Shown: one piece after another, positions 46,320-55,241 of the stretch
How positions within the stretch are numbered: the first letter of the stretch is position 1
How the letters are laid out: each line of letters begins with the position of its first letter
Assembly: GCA_963713975.1 (NCBI GenBank)
Contig: OY970218.1
Location: 2,656,001 to 2,720,000, forward strand
From: an uncultured Chloroflexia bacterium
Lineage (GTDB): Bacteria > Chloroflexota > Limnocylindria > Limnocylindrales > CSP1-4
Direction of reading: 5' to 3'
Length of the DNA stretch: 64,000 bases
Notes under the pieces: generated by a model
The model's input: the letters and a program-made list of their open reading frames with translations, nothing else
What the model was told of the DNA's origin: nothing
Databases searched by the model: none
Program-made: the position numbers and the translations under genes

Positions 46320-48359
46320 GTGATCGGCGGTCGCCGCCCAATCACCGGTCGCAAGCCGGGCGACCGCCGGGTGCGAGTCGATCGCCCCCACGCGCCCTAC
46401 TTCCGGTACACGGGTCCAAACCAGCTGGTGGCCAAGCCGGCTGCCTCGGTGCCGCGGTCTGCGCTGGGCCGCACCGCCCTCCGTTGGAAGTCATGGCTGA
46501 TCGGCCGTCCGCTGGCCACCGAGGAGGAGATCGGCGAACGGCTGTCCAAGCGCCTCGCCCTGCCGATCTTCAGCTCGGATGCGATCTCGTCCTCCGCCTA
46601 CGCGACCGAGGAGATCCTGCGCGTCCTGGTGCTCGCCGGGGCCGGGGCTCTGCTGGTCTCCGTCGAGATCGCGGCCGCAATCTCGATCCTGCTGGTCGTC
46701 GTCGCGATCTCCTACCGCCAGGTCTGCAACGCGTTCCCGGGCGGAGGGGGCGCCTACGCGGTCGCGCGCCAGGAGCTGCGCCCGATCCTCGGCCTGGTCG
46801 CGGCATCCGCCCTGCTCATCGACTACGTGATGACCGTGGCCGTGTCCACGTCGTCCGCCATGGACCAGCTGATCTCCGTCGCACCCGGGCTGGATGTCGT
46901 CCGGCTGGAGGTCGCGGTCGCCGTGATCGCCCTGATCACGATCGCCAACCTGCGTGGCCTGCGGGAGTCGGGGAACATCTTCGCCGTCCCCACCTACGTG
47001 TTCGTGGCCATGGCCCTGGTCATCATCGCGTCCGGGATGGTGCACATCGCAACCGGCACGGTCGTGCCCATGCCCCCCCAGGCCGAGGCCATGTCCTACG
47101 GGACCCAGACGCTCGGCCTGGTGCTCATCCTGCGCGCATTTGCCAGCGGCTCCGTGGCCCTGACCGGCGTCGAGGCCATCGCCAACGGCGTTCCCGCCTT
47201 CAAGCCCCCGGAGGCCAGGAACGCCGGCAACACCCTGCTCGCCATGGCCGTCCTCCTGGCGGTCCTGTTCATCGGGATCACGGTCGTCGCCCGCGCCTAC
47301 GACATCGTCCCGTCCGAGGCGCTGTCCGGCGGACCGACGGTCATCGCCCTCGTGGCGCAGACCGCGTTTGGGGCCACCAGCCCGCTGTACTACGTCTTCC
47401 AGGTCGCGACCGCGCTGATCCTGTTTCTGGCGGCGAACACCAGCTTCAACGCCTTCCCGCGCCTGGCGGCGATCCTGGCCCACGATGGCTACTTCCCGCG
47501 CCAGTTCTCGTTCCGCGGCGACCGGCTCGCGTACAGCTGGGGGATCATCGCCCTCGCCGCCATCGCGGCCGGGATCTACCTCATCTTCCGGGGCAACACG
47601 TCGCACCTGATCCCGCTCTACTCCGTCGGGGTGTTCGTGTGCTTCACCCTGAGCCAGAGCGGCATGGTCATGCACTGGTTCCGCGGCCGCCAGGCCGGCT
47701 GGCGGTGGCGACTCGCGATCAACGCCAGCGGCGCCCTGATGACGTTGGTCGTGCTCGTGATCGTGCTCACGGAGAAGTTCGAGCACGGGGCGTTCGTGGT
47801 CGCGATCCTCATCCCGGTGATGGTCGGTGCGATGCTGTTCATCAACCGCCAGTACGCGGCCTCTCGGCGGCAGCTCGCGATCGACCCGGGCTACGTCCTG
47901 CCGCCGCCCAGCCGTGAGCAGCGCGCGATCGTGCCGGTGCCGGCCCTCAATCGTGCCGTGGTCCGCGCGATCAACACCGCCCGCTCGATCACCGGTGACG
48001 TGAGCGCGGTGTTCATCAGCGAGGACCCGGAGGCGTCGGCGCGGATGCGGGCGCGCTGGGAGCGGCAGGTTCCGGACGTGCCGCTGGTGATCGTCGAGAG
48101 CCCGTATCGCGCCCTCTCGGGGCCGCTCATGGCGTACCTGGACGTGCTGGACCGGGCCTGGCCGCCGGAGAAGGCGGAGCCGATCACCTTTGTCGTGGTG
48201 CCCGAGTACGTGGCCCGGCACTGGTGGGAGCGGATCCTGTACAACCAGTCCGCCCGACGGCTGCGCTCGGTCCTCCTTGGTCGCCCGCACACCGTGGTGG
48301 TGGACGTGCCGTACCGGCGGGACGACCAGCCGGAGGCATCCGCGATCGAGGTGGAGTAG
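46320..48359 (+). CDS. APC-family permease, KimA-like K+ importer
   Basis: FSSDAISSSAYATEE, DYVMTVAVS, ALTGVEA, LIPLY, ESPYR, VVPEY...WWE..LYNQ. Confidence 0.88.
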   Translation: MIGGRRPITGRKPGDRRVRVDRPHAPYFRYTGPNQLVAKPAASVPRSALGRTALRWKSWLIGRPLATEEEIGERLSKRLALPIFSSDAISSSAYATEEILRVLVLAGAGALLVSVEIAAAISILLVVVAISYRQVCNAFPGGGGAYAVARQELRPILGLVAASALLIDYVMTVAVSTSSAMDQLISVAPGLDVVRLEVAVAVIALITIANLRGLRESGNIFAVPTYVFVAMALVIIASGMVHIATGTVVPMPPQAEAMSYGTQTLGLVLILRAFASGSVALTGVEAIANGVPAFKPPEARNAGNTLLAMAVLLAVLFIGITVVARAYDIVPSEALSGGPTVIALVAQTAFGATSPLYYVFQVATALILFLAANTSFNAFPRLAAILAHDGYFPRQFSFRGDRLAYSWGIIALAAIAAGIYLIFRGNTSHLIPLYSVGVFVCFTLSQSGMVMHWFRGRQAGWRWRLAINASGALMTLVVLVIVLTEKFEHGAFVVAILIPVMVGAMLFINRQYAASRRQLAIDPGYVLPPPSREQRAIVPVPALNRAVVRAINTARSITGDVSAVFISEDPEASARMRARWERQVPDVPLVIVESPYRALSGPLMAYLDVLDRAWPPEKAEPITFVVVPEYVARHWWERILYNQSARRLRSVLLGRPHTVVVDVPYRRDDQPEASAIEVE

Positions 48360-48634
48360 GGCCGGGCTTCGGGGAGGCGGCGAGCCTGCGAGCGCACGCC
48401 ACGCGGGGCGGACAGGCCGGAGCGGCCCCCATACGGCAGGCCGGGAGGCAGGCCCGGCCCCCTTCCATACGGGCCCATTCGAGGTGCCCTTCGCCATGCA
48501 GCGCGGCGACCTCTGGTACGTGGTTGGACCCACCCGCATCCCCCAAGATCAGTACCGGCGTCCCCTTGTTCTATGGGCGCGGCCGCCGCAGGGCCTCCGG
48601 CACCTGCCCGTCGCGCCAAGCAGTCGAGTGAGTC

Positions 48635-49855
48635 ATGATGCGCGACCAGGGTCTCTATGCCGCGCTCATCGAGCGCGGGATGACCCGCAGGTCGTTCCTC
48701 AAGTTCTCCGCTGCCATGACCGCAGCGCTGGCGATTCCGGCCTCGTATGCGCCACGCATCGCGGAAGGCCTCACCACCGCTCCGCGCCTCCCCGTCATCT
48801 GGGTGCGCGGGCAGACCTGCGGGGGCAACACCGAGGCGCTCCTGCGGACCTCGAATCCCACGGTCTCCTCGCTCCTGCTGGACACCCTTTCGGTGGAGTA
48901 CCACGAGTCCCTGCTCGCGACGGCCGGAGCCGCGAGCGACGTCGCCCGCACGTCGGCGATGGAGGCCTACCCGGACGGCTACATCGCGGTGATCGAGGGC
49001 GCTATCCCGAACGGCGCGGACGGTGGCTACTGCCTCGTGGGTGGCCGCCCCGTGGCGGACGTGGCGCGCGAGGTCTGCGACGGCGCCCTGGCCACGATCG
49101 CGGTCGGAGCCTGCGCGTTCGACGGCGGTGCACCTGCAGCGAGCGGCGGCCTTACCGATGCCGGCGGCGTCCGTCGCGTGGTCGGCGACTCCACCCTGAT
49201 CACGCTGCCGGGCTGCCCGATGAACGTGCTCAACCTGACCGCCGTGATCGTCCACTACCTGACCCTCCGCGAGTGGCCGCCGCTTGACCCGATGGGCCGG
49301 CCCCTGGCTGCCTACGGGAACCTGCTCCACAACCAGTGCGAGCGACGGCCGCACTTCGAGTTCGGCGAGTTCGCCCTGTCCTGGGGCGACGAGGGAGCCC
49401 AGCGCGGCTGGTGCCTGTACAAGGTGGGCTGCAAGGGTCCGGAGACGATGGCCAACTGCCCCACCGTCCGCTACGGCGACGGGGTCAGCTGGAACGTGCG
49501 CGCCGGCCACGGGTGCGCAGGCTGCGTGGCGCCCGACTTCTGGGATGCGATGGGCCCGGCCTACCTTCGGCTGCCGTCGCCGGTGCCCTTCCTGCCCAAC
49601 ATGACGGTTGACGTGGTGGGGGCAGCGGCGGTCGGTGCCGTGGCCCTCGTTGCCGGAGCGCACGCGGTGGGCATGGGTGCCCGCTACAAGCGGCGGGCGC
49701 GCATCGAGCGTCGCGAGGCCCTTGCGGGCGCCGATGGCACGACCGCCGCCCATGGCACGGCCGATGCCGATGCTGCGACCGACGCCGATGCCATGGACAC
49801 GCCGGAGCCCGTCGTGCCCACCGGCGATGGCCCCACCCCGGCCGGGGAGCGCTGA
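48635..49855 (+). CDS. Membrane-bound [NiFe] hydrogenase small subunit (Tat-exported, atypical proximal cluster)
   Basis: TRRSFLK Tat motif, CGGN, GAC, PGCP, HxxC..C.GC, C..CxxC, C-terminal TM with His. Confidence 0.92.
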   Translation: MMRDQGLYAALIERGMTRRSFLKFSAAMTAALAIPASYAPRIAEGLTTAPRLPVIWVRGQTCGGNTEALLRTSNPTVSSLLLDTLSVEYHESLLATAGAASDVARTSAMEAYPDGYIAVIEGAIPNGADGGYCLVGGRPVADVAREVCDGALATIAVGACAFDGGAPAASGGLTDAGGVRRVVGDSTLITLPGCPMNVLNLTAVIVHYLTLREWPPLDPMGRPLAAYGNLLHNQCERRPHFEFGEFALSWGDEGAQRGWCLYKVGCKGPETMANCPTVRYGDGVSWNVRAGHGCAGCVAPDFWDAMGPAYLRLPSPVPFLPNMTVDVVGAAAVGAVALVAGAHAVGMGARYKRRARIERREALAGADGTTAAHGTADADAATDADAMDTPEPVVPTGDGPTPAGER

Positions 49856-49856
49856 G

Positions 49857-51632
49857 ATGGCTCGTATCGTCATCGACCCGGTCACCCGTGCCGGCGGCCA
49901 GCTGCGGGTGGAGGCGGACGTGACCGGCGGTCGCGTGACCGGGGCATGGTCCTCCGCCACCATGTTCAGGGGCATGGAGAACGTCCTGCGCGGTCGGGAC
50001 CCACGCGATGCCTGGCTCCTGGCACAGCGCGTCTGCGGCACCTGCACCGGGGTCCACGCCCTCGCGTCGGTCCGGGCCGTGGAGCAGGCGCTGGGCATCA
50101 CCATCCCCACCAACGCCCGCCTCATCCGAAACATCCTTGCCGGCACCCTGGTCGTCCGCGATCACGTCATGCGCCTGTACCAGGAGGGACTTCCGGACTG
50201 GGTCGACACGTCGGCCGCCGTCTCCGCAGACGTGACGGCAACGTCCCGCCTGGCGCGCGCAGGCAGCCCCTGGCCCAACGCCGGAGCGGACTACTTCCAG
50301 GGCGTGCGAGACCGCCTGACGGCGATCGCCACATCGGGCCAGCCCGGCCCGTTCGCGAGCGCCTGGCCGGGTCACCCCGCCTATCGCCTGAGTCCGGAGC
50401 AGAGCCTCATCCTCGTGGCCCACGTGCTGGAGGCGTTCGACTGGCAGAGCGACTTCATGCGCATCCACGCCCTGCTGGGCGGCAAGGACCCGCACCCGCA
50501 GACCTACCTCGTCGGCGGCATGGCGCTAGTGCCACCGTGGGGCGGTCCGGCTGCGTCGCAGACGCGCCAGCACCCGCAGGTCCCGGACCGCAACGCCCCG
50601 CTCGCGCTGAGCAGCGATGGCATCGACCTGATGCGCCGGTTGGTCGCCGGGGCCAGGACGTTCGTCGAGCAGGTCTATGACCCGGACGTGCGGATGCTCC
50701 TCGACGCCTACCCGGAGTGGATCTCGACCGGCGCGGGACCCGGCAACTTCCTGTCCTTCGGCGAGTTCCCGCTGGATGACGAGGCCGGCGCGGCGAGGCT
50801 CCTTCCCGGGGGACGGCTGATGGACGGCAACCTGGAGCGTGCCGAGCCAGTGGCCGAGACCGCGGTGGCCGAGAGTGCCTCGCACGCCTGGTACACCTAC
50901 GGCACCGGCGACGCCTCGCTGCGCCGCCCGGCCGAGGGGGAGACCGCCCCCGACTTCACCGTCCCGGAGCTGCCGCTCAAGGAGCTCGACGTTCGCGGGA
51001 AGTACACGTGGGTCAAGGCAGCCCGCTATGACGGGCGCGTGATGGAGACCGGCCCTCTCGCCCGCGTACTGGTGGCCGCCGCCAACGGCCAGGCCGACAT
51101 CCGCCAGGCGCTCGGTGAGAGGCTCACGGACCTCGGGCTCGAGTCCGCGGCACTGACCGGTGCGCTCGCGAGGACCCTCGCACGCGCGATCGAGGCCGAG
51201 GTCGTCGTCCGCAAGCTGGATGGCTGGCTGTGGGAGCTCCGGTCGAACCTGGCGACGGGCGACGTGTCCGTGACCAGCATCGAGCTCTGGGATCCCGTCG
51301 CGTGGCCGTCGGAGGCCGTCGGCTTCTCGCTCGGCGAGGGCCCGCGTGGGTCGGTTGGCCACTGGATCCGGATCAAGGACGCCGTCATCGACCACTACCA
51401 GCTGCTGGACGGCTCGACGTGGAACGCGTCGCCCCGCGACGGCCTCGGTGTCGCCGGCCCGATGGAATCCGCGCTCGCGGGCCTCGACGTTGCCGACCCC
51501 GCGATGCCAGTGGAGCTGCTCCGCGTTATCCACTCCTTCGCGCCGTGCGCCGCGTGTGCCGCTCACGTCTTCGACCCGGGGGCTGCCTCCCGACGCCCTG
51601 GCCCTGCCCATCCCGCGGAGGGGATCCGATGA
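49857..51632 (+). CDS. Group-1-like [NiFe] hydrogenase large subunit with divergent active site
   Basis: FRGME, RDPRDAW, RVCGTC, PRG, TWNASPRD, PCAAC-x2-H plus C-terminal tail. Confidence 0.92.
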   Translation: MARIVIDPVTRAGGQLRVEADVTGGRVTGAWSSATMFRGMENVLRGRDPRDAWLLAQRVCGTCTGVHALASVRAVEQALGITIPTNARLIRNILAGTLVVRDHVMRLYQEGLPDWVDTSAAVSADVTATSRLARAGSPWPNAGADYFQGVRDRLTAIATSGQPGPFASAWPGHPAYRLSPEQSLILVAHVLEAFDWQSDFMRIHALLGGKDPHPQTYLVGGMALVPPWGGPAASQTRQHPQVPDRNAPLALSSDGIDLMRRLVAGARTFVEQVYDPDVRMLLDAYPEWISTGAGPGNFLSFGEFPLDDEAGAARLLPGGRLMDGNLERAEPVAETAVAESASHAWYTYGTGDASLRRPAEGETAPDFTVPELPLKELDVRGKYTWVKAARYDGRVMETGPLARVLVAAANGQADIRQALGERLTDLGLESAALTGALARTLARAIEAEVVVRKLDGWLWELRSNLATGDVSVTSIELWDPVAWPSEAVGFSLGEGPRGSVGHWIRIKDAVIDHYQLLDGSTWNASPRDGLGVAGPMESALAGLDVADPAMPVELLRVIHSFAPCAACAAHVFDPGAASRRPGPAHPAEGIR

Positions 51633-52480
51633 CGATCGTCGCCCAGGAGCCTGCCGCCACGGTCCCGGAAGACCCGGCCGGCACGACCGCGTCCACCGTT
51701 GTGGACGCGGCTCAGGTGTCACCCGGACCCGATGCCGGCCACGGGGACGCGACTGCGGGGCACGGGGCGCACGAGATCGAGAACCCGGACCAGCGGGTCC
51801 GCCTGATGGTGTGGCAGATCCCGGTGCGGGTCACCCACTGGGTCACGGCCAGCTGCATCGTGGTGCTGAGCCTGACCGGCGGCTACATCGCGGACCCGTT
51901 CCTCATCCCGGCCGGCGGCGGCGTGATGTCCACCGTCCGCCTGATCCACATCATCGCCGCCCTCACGTTCCTGCTATCGGGCCTGGTGCGCACGTACTGG
52001 CTGCTGGCGGGGAACCGCTTCTCGCGATGGACGGCGTTCATCCCGACCTCGCGCTACCAGGCCACTGAGCTCTTCCGCCAGGCCGGGTTCTACGGCTTCG
52101 TTCGGCCCGAGATCCCCAAGGTGCTGGGCCACAACCAGCTGGCCGCGACCGCGTACCTCGTGCTGTTCGGGCTGCTGCTGGTCGAGACCGTCACCGGTTT
52201 CGCCCTCGATGGCCTGATGGGTGCCGAGCCGGGCGCCACGCTGTTCGGCTGGCTGCGCGAGCTCGTTGGCGCCCAGCAGCTGCGTCTCATCCATCACCTG
52301 GCGATGTGGCTGATCCTGGCGATCGCCCTGTTCCACGTGTACAGCTGCGTCCTGGTGGATCACATCGAGCACAACGGCCTCATCTCCAGCATCGTCAGCG
52401 GCTTCAAGTTCCCGACCCGCGAGGAGGTCGTCGAGTCGCGCGACGGCGGACCGGAGCTGCTGGACCGGGTGGAGCCGTGA
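51629..52480 (+). CDS. Ni/Fe hydrogenase b-type cytochrome subunit
   Basis: VRVTHW, RLIH, GHN, IHH, FHVY heme ligands; 4 TM helices. Confidence 0.92.
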   Translation: MTIVAQEPAATVPEDPAGTTASTVVDAAQVSPGPDAGHGDATAGHGAHEIENPDQRVRLMVWQIPVRVTHWVTASCIVVLSLTGGYIADPFLIPAGGGVMSTVRLIHIIAALTFLLSGLVRTYWLLAGNRFSRWTAFIPTSRYQATELFRQAGFYGFVRPEIPKVLGHNQLAATAYLVLFGLLLVETVTGFALDGLMGAEPGATLFGWLRELVGAQQLRLIHHLAMWLILAIALFHVYSCVLVDHIEHNGLISSIVSGFKFPTREEVVESRDGGPELLDRVEP

Positions 52481-53028
52481 CGGTCACGCAACGGAACCTG
52501 GTCGTAGTCGGGGTGGGCAACGTGCTGCTGGGCGATGACGCTGCCGGTGTCCGGGTGGTCGAGGGTCTCGAGGCCCTGGCTGGACGTGACCCGCATGCGT
52601 TGCCGCCGGAGACGCGGCTCGTGGATGGCGGGACGCTGGGCACGGACCTCCTGCCGGTCATCGATGGCGCATCCGGCGTGGTGCTGGTCGATGCCGTCCG
52701 CCTGGGTGGGGCGGCTGGATCGGTGAGCGTGCTGCATGAGGACGAGATCGATGCTCTGGGCGGATTGGCCGACGGCGGCAGCACCGGTGCCGTGGGCGAG
52801 CTCGTGGCGACCGCCCGCTTCCTGGGACGGCTGACCGGGCCGCTATCGCTGGTGGGTATCGAGGTGGCAGAGGTCGAGCCCGGGCTGGGCCTCTCCGGCG
52901 CCGTCGACCGGGCGCTGCCGGTCGCGATCGAGGCCGTCCGCGGCGAGCTGCGCCGCATGGGCGGGTCGTGGCAACCAGCCATGGATGGTGGCGCCAGCAA
53001 CGCACGAATGGCAGGGGCGACGGCATGA
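52477..53028 (+). CDS. Hydrogenase maturation protease (HyaD/HybD-like, degenerate)
   Basis: GVGNVLLGDD, DGGTLG, LVDA; conserved His absent. Confidence 0.85.
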   Translation: MTVTQRNLVVVGVGNVLLGDDAAGVRVVEGLEALAGRDPHALPPETRLVDGGTLGTDLLPVIDGASGVVLVDAVRLGGAAGSVSVLHEDEIDALGGLADGGSTGAVGELVATARFLGRLTGPLSLVGIEVAEVEPGLGLSGAVDRALPVAIEAVRGELRRMGGSWQPAMDGGASNARMAGATA

Positions 53029-53768
53029 GATCAAGATTCGACCGCACGCTGCGGCTGCTGATCCTCGCGAACATCCTCGTGGTCGCGCTGCTGGCCGGCA
53101 CGATGGTGCTGGACTGGCTGCGGGTGATCCCTGCCCGCGGCACGGCCGACGCAACGACCGCCCCCGCCGTGTCGCCCACGCCCGAGACGATGCAGATGGG
53201 CCTCGCCCACATCCCGACCTCCAACAGCTGCCTCCTCTGCCACCAGAGTGGCGGTGCCGCCGAGCTCAAGACCATCCCGGCAATCGGGCACCAGCTCGAA
53301 GGGTGGACGGCGTGCCTGACCTGCCATACCGACGAGTCGCTTGGCCGCCAGGCACCGGGGCACGTCGGGATCGCGGAGACCGAATGCCTCAACTGCCACA
53401 AGGTTGCCCAGGACGGCCCGGCGATCACCCAGGCCCACGCCGACCTTCACGAGGCCTGTCTCGACTGCCATGGCAGCGTCGCACACCTGCCGTCGAGCAT
53501 GGTGGGCCGCAACCAGGACGAGTGCTGGCTGTGCCACAAACCGAACCCTTCGCCGCCGCCGACCAAGCCGCATCCCGACCCGCAGAACCTGACCTGCCGC
53601 TCGTGTCACCAGTCCGCGGAGGCGGGTGCGCTGCCGATCGACCACGCCCTGCGCGAGGACTCCACCTGCACCCTGTGCCACGACATCGACGGCTCGGCCG
53701 TGCCGAGCCCAAGTGCCGTGGAGCCCGACGGCGACGAGCTTCCATCGGCGAGCCCGAGTGGCGGCTGA
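53025..53768 (+). CDS. Membrane-anchored multiheme cytochrome c (7 CxxCH)
   Basis: N-terminal TM; CLLCH, CLTCH, CLNCH, CLDCH, CWLCH, CRSCH, CTLCH. Confidence 0.92.
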   Translation: MRSRFDRTLRLLILANILVVALLAGTMVLDWLRVIPARGTADATTAPAVSPTPETMQMGLAHIPTSNSCLLCHQSGGAAELKTIPAIGHQLEGWTACLTCHTDESLGRQAPGHVGIAETECLNCHKVAQDGPAITQAHADLHEACLDCHGSVAHLPSSMVGRNQDECWLCHKPNPSPPPTKPHPDPQNLTCRSCHQSAEAGALPIDHALREDSTCTLCHDIDGSAVPSPSAVEPDGDELPSASPSGG

Positions 53769-53807
53769 CGGATCCCGCAGCGATGCCGCATACGCGATGA
53801 TGGGGTC

Positions 53808-54263
53808 ATGCTGGACACGCTGATCCTCACCTGGGAGGACCTCGACGGTCTCGTCGCGCGCCTCGCCGGGCGGGTCGGGCGTGAACATGACCTGGTCCTC
53901 GCCATCACCCGGGGTGGGCTGGTCCCGGCCGGGATGCTCGCCTACCGCCTCGACCTTCGCGAGATCCTCGTTGCGGGAGCCATCTTCTACCGGCCCGAGG
54001 GCGGCACCCACCCTGCCCCCGTGATCGGTCACTTTCCGGCGGCCTCGCTCCTCGAGGGCCAGCGGGTCCTGGTCGTGGATGAGGTGTGGGAGACCGGCGA
54101 GACCATGACGGAGGTCCTGGCGAGGGTGCGGGCCGCCGGCGGCCAACCCGTCTCGGCCGTCATCCACTACAAGCCGGGCCGGTCCCGGGTGGCGGGTGCG
54201 CCGGACCACCATGCCGCGACGCTCGAGGGCTGGGTCACCTACCCGTACAAGGCCGGCGGCTGA
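53808..54263 (+). CDS. Purine phosphoribosyltransferase-family protein
   Basis: ITRGGLVP, VLVVDEVWETGET PRPP motif, WVTYPY. Confidence 0.88.
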   Translation: MLDTLILTWEDLDGLVARLAGRVGREHDLVLAITRGGLVPAGMLAYRLDLREILVAGAIFYRPEGGTHPAPVIGHFPAASLLEGQRVLVVDEVWETGETMTEVLARVRAAGGQPVSAVIHYKPGRSRVAGAPDHHAATLEGWVTYPYKAGG

Positions 54264-54275
54264 CCGGCGCCTGGA

Positions 54276-54292
54276 TCTCAGCGGCGTCTCAG
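54276..54292 (+). promoter_or_regulatory. MprA-type direct-repeat box 1 (upstream of yceI-like gene)
   Basis: TCTCAG-cggcg-TCTCAG. Confidence 0.8.
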
Positions 54293-54341
54293 CAACGTAT
54301 GGTTGTCTGAGCGACCGAGTCACCAGCCGCAGGAGTGCCCA

Positions 54342-55121
54342 ATGTCCACCCAGCGTCCCACGTCCCGGCGGGGCCCGGTCCTCGCCGTCATCGTGCTCGC
54401 CGTCATCGTCGTCGCTGTGGCGGGCATCTGGTACCTGTTCCTGCGCCCCGGGGGTCCCGCACCGGTGTCGCTGGGAACCCCGGCTCCGGACGTGCCTGCA
54501 GCGACGGCCGCGCCCGCCGCGTCCCCGGGGCCGGCGACAGGTGCACCGGGGACCGTCGCCCCCGACGGGATCACAGGGACCTGGGCCGTCGACCCGTCTG
54601 TCGGGTCGTTCGGCGACTTCTCCGGCTCCTTCGCCGGGTACCGCGTCCAGGAGACGCTGGCCAACATTGGGGCGACGGAGGCGGTGGGACGGACACCGGA
54701 CGTCACGGGCTCGATCACGATCGACGACACCACCATCACCGCCGCCGAGCTGACCGTGGATCTCACCACGCTGCAGAGCGACGAGCGGTTCCGCGACGGC
54801 CAGCTGCGTCGCCAGGCCCTCGAGACCGGCGAGTTCCCCACGGCCATCTTCACCCTCACCGAGCCGGTCGACATCGGATCGGTGCCGGCCGAGGGCACGA
54901 CCGTCGAGGTCACCGCGGCAGGGGATCTCACGCTTCACGGAGTCACGCAGGCGGTCCAGGTGCCGCTTCAGGCGCGCCTGCAGGGCGGCGTGGTCACGGT
55001 TGCCGGGTCGATTCCCATCGTCTTTGCCGACTACGGCATCGCGAAGCCCGAGGCGATGGTGGTGCTGTCCGTGGAGGACCACGGCGTGATGGAGGTCCAG
55101 CTCCAGCTCACGCGAAGCTGA
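54342..55121 (+). CDS. YceI-family lipid/polyisoprenoid-binding protein, membrane anchored
   Basis: GTWAVD, GYRVQE, SD..RD, FPTA.F, GDLTLHGVT, DYGI. Confidence 0.9.
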   Translation: MSTQRPTSRRGPVLAVIVLAVIVVAVAGIWYLFLRPGGPAPVSLGTPAPDVPAATAAPAASPGPATGAPGTVAPDGITGTWAVDPSVGSFGDFSGSFAGYRVQETLANIGATEAVGRTPDVTGSITIDDTTITAAELTVDLTTLQSDERFRDGQLRRQALETGEFPTAIFTLTEPVDIGSVPAEGTTVEVTAAGDLTLHGVTQAVQVPLQARLQGGVVTVAGSIPIVFADYGIAKPEAMVVLSVEDHGVMEVQLQLTRS

Positions 55122-55125
55122 GCGC

Positions 55126-55142
55126 TCTCAGGCGGCTCTCAG
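55126..55142 (+). promoter_or_regulatory. MprA-type box 2 (upstream of glycosyltransferase)
   Basis: TCTCAG-gcggc-TCTCAG. Confidence 0.8.
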
Positions 55143-55241
55143 GGAGTGCCGTTTGAATAGCCGTAGGTCGCGGCGTTCCCGGTGGCATCTCCTCCCCACC
55201 GAGAGCGCCGCGCCCTGCTGATCAGCGGGAGCCCATCACCG

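Noticed and set aside
46252-46320. c-di-AMP (ydaO) riboswitch before the KimA-like gene
   Set aside because: The gap is only ~70 bp and lacks the conserved aptamer motifs
49857-51632. NiFeSe (selenocysteine) explanation for the odd large subunit
   Set aside because: All four ligands are TGC/TGT Cys codons and there is no in-frame TGA
46491-55082. Several 400-750 aa minus-strand ORFs
   Set aside because: Antisense to well-supported genes, with Arg/Gly/Ala-rich non-protein composition
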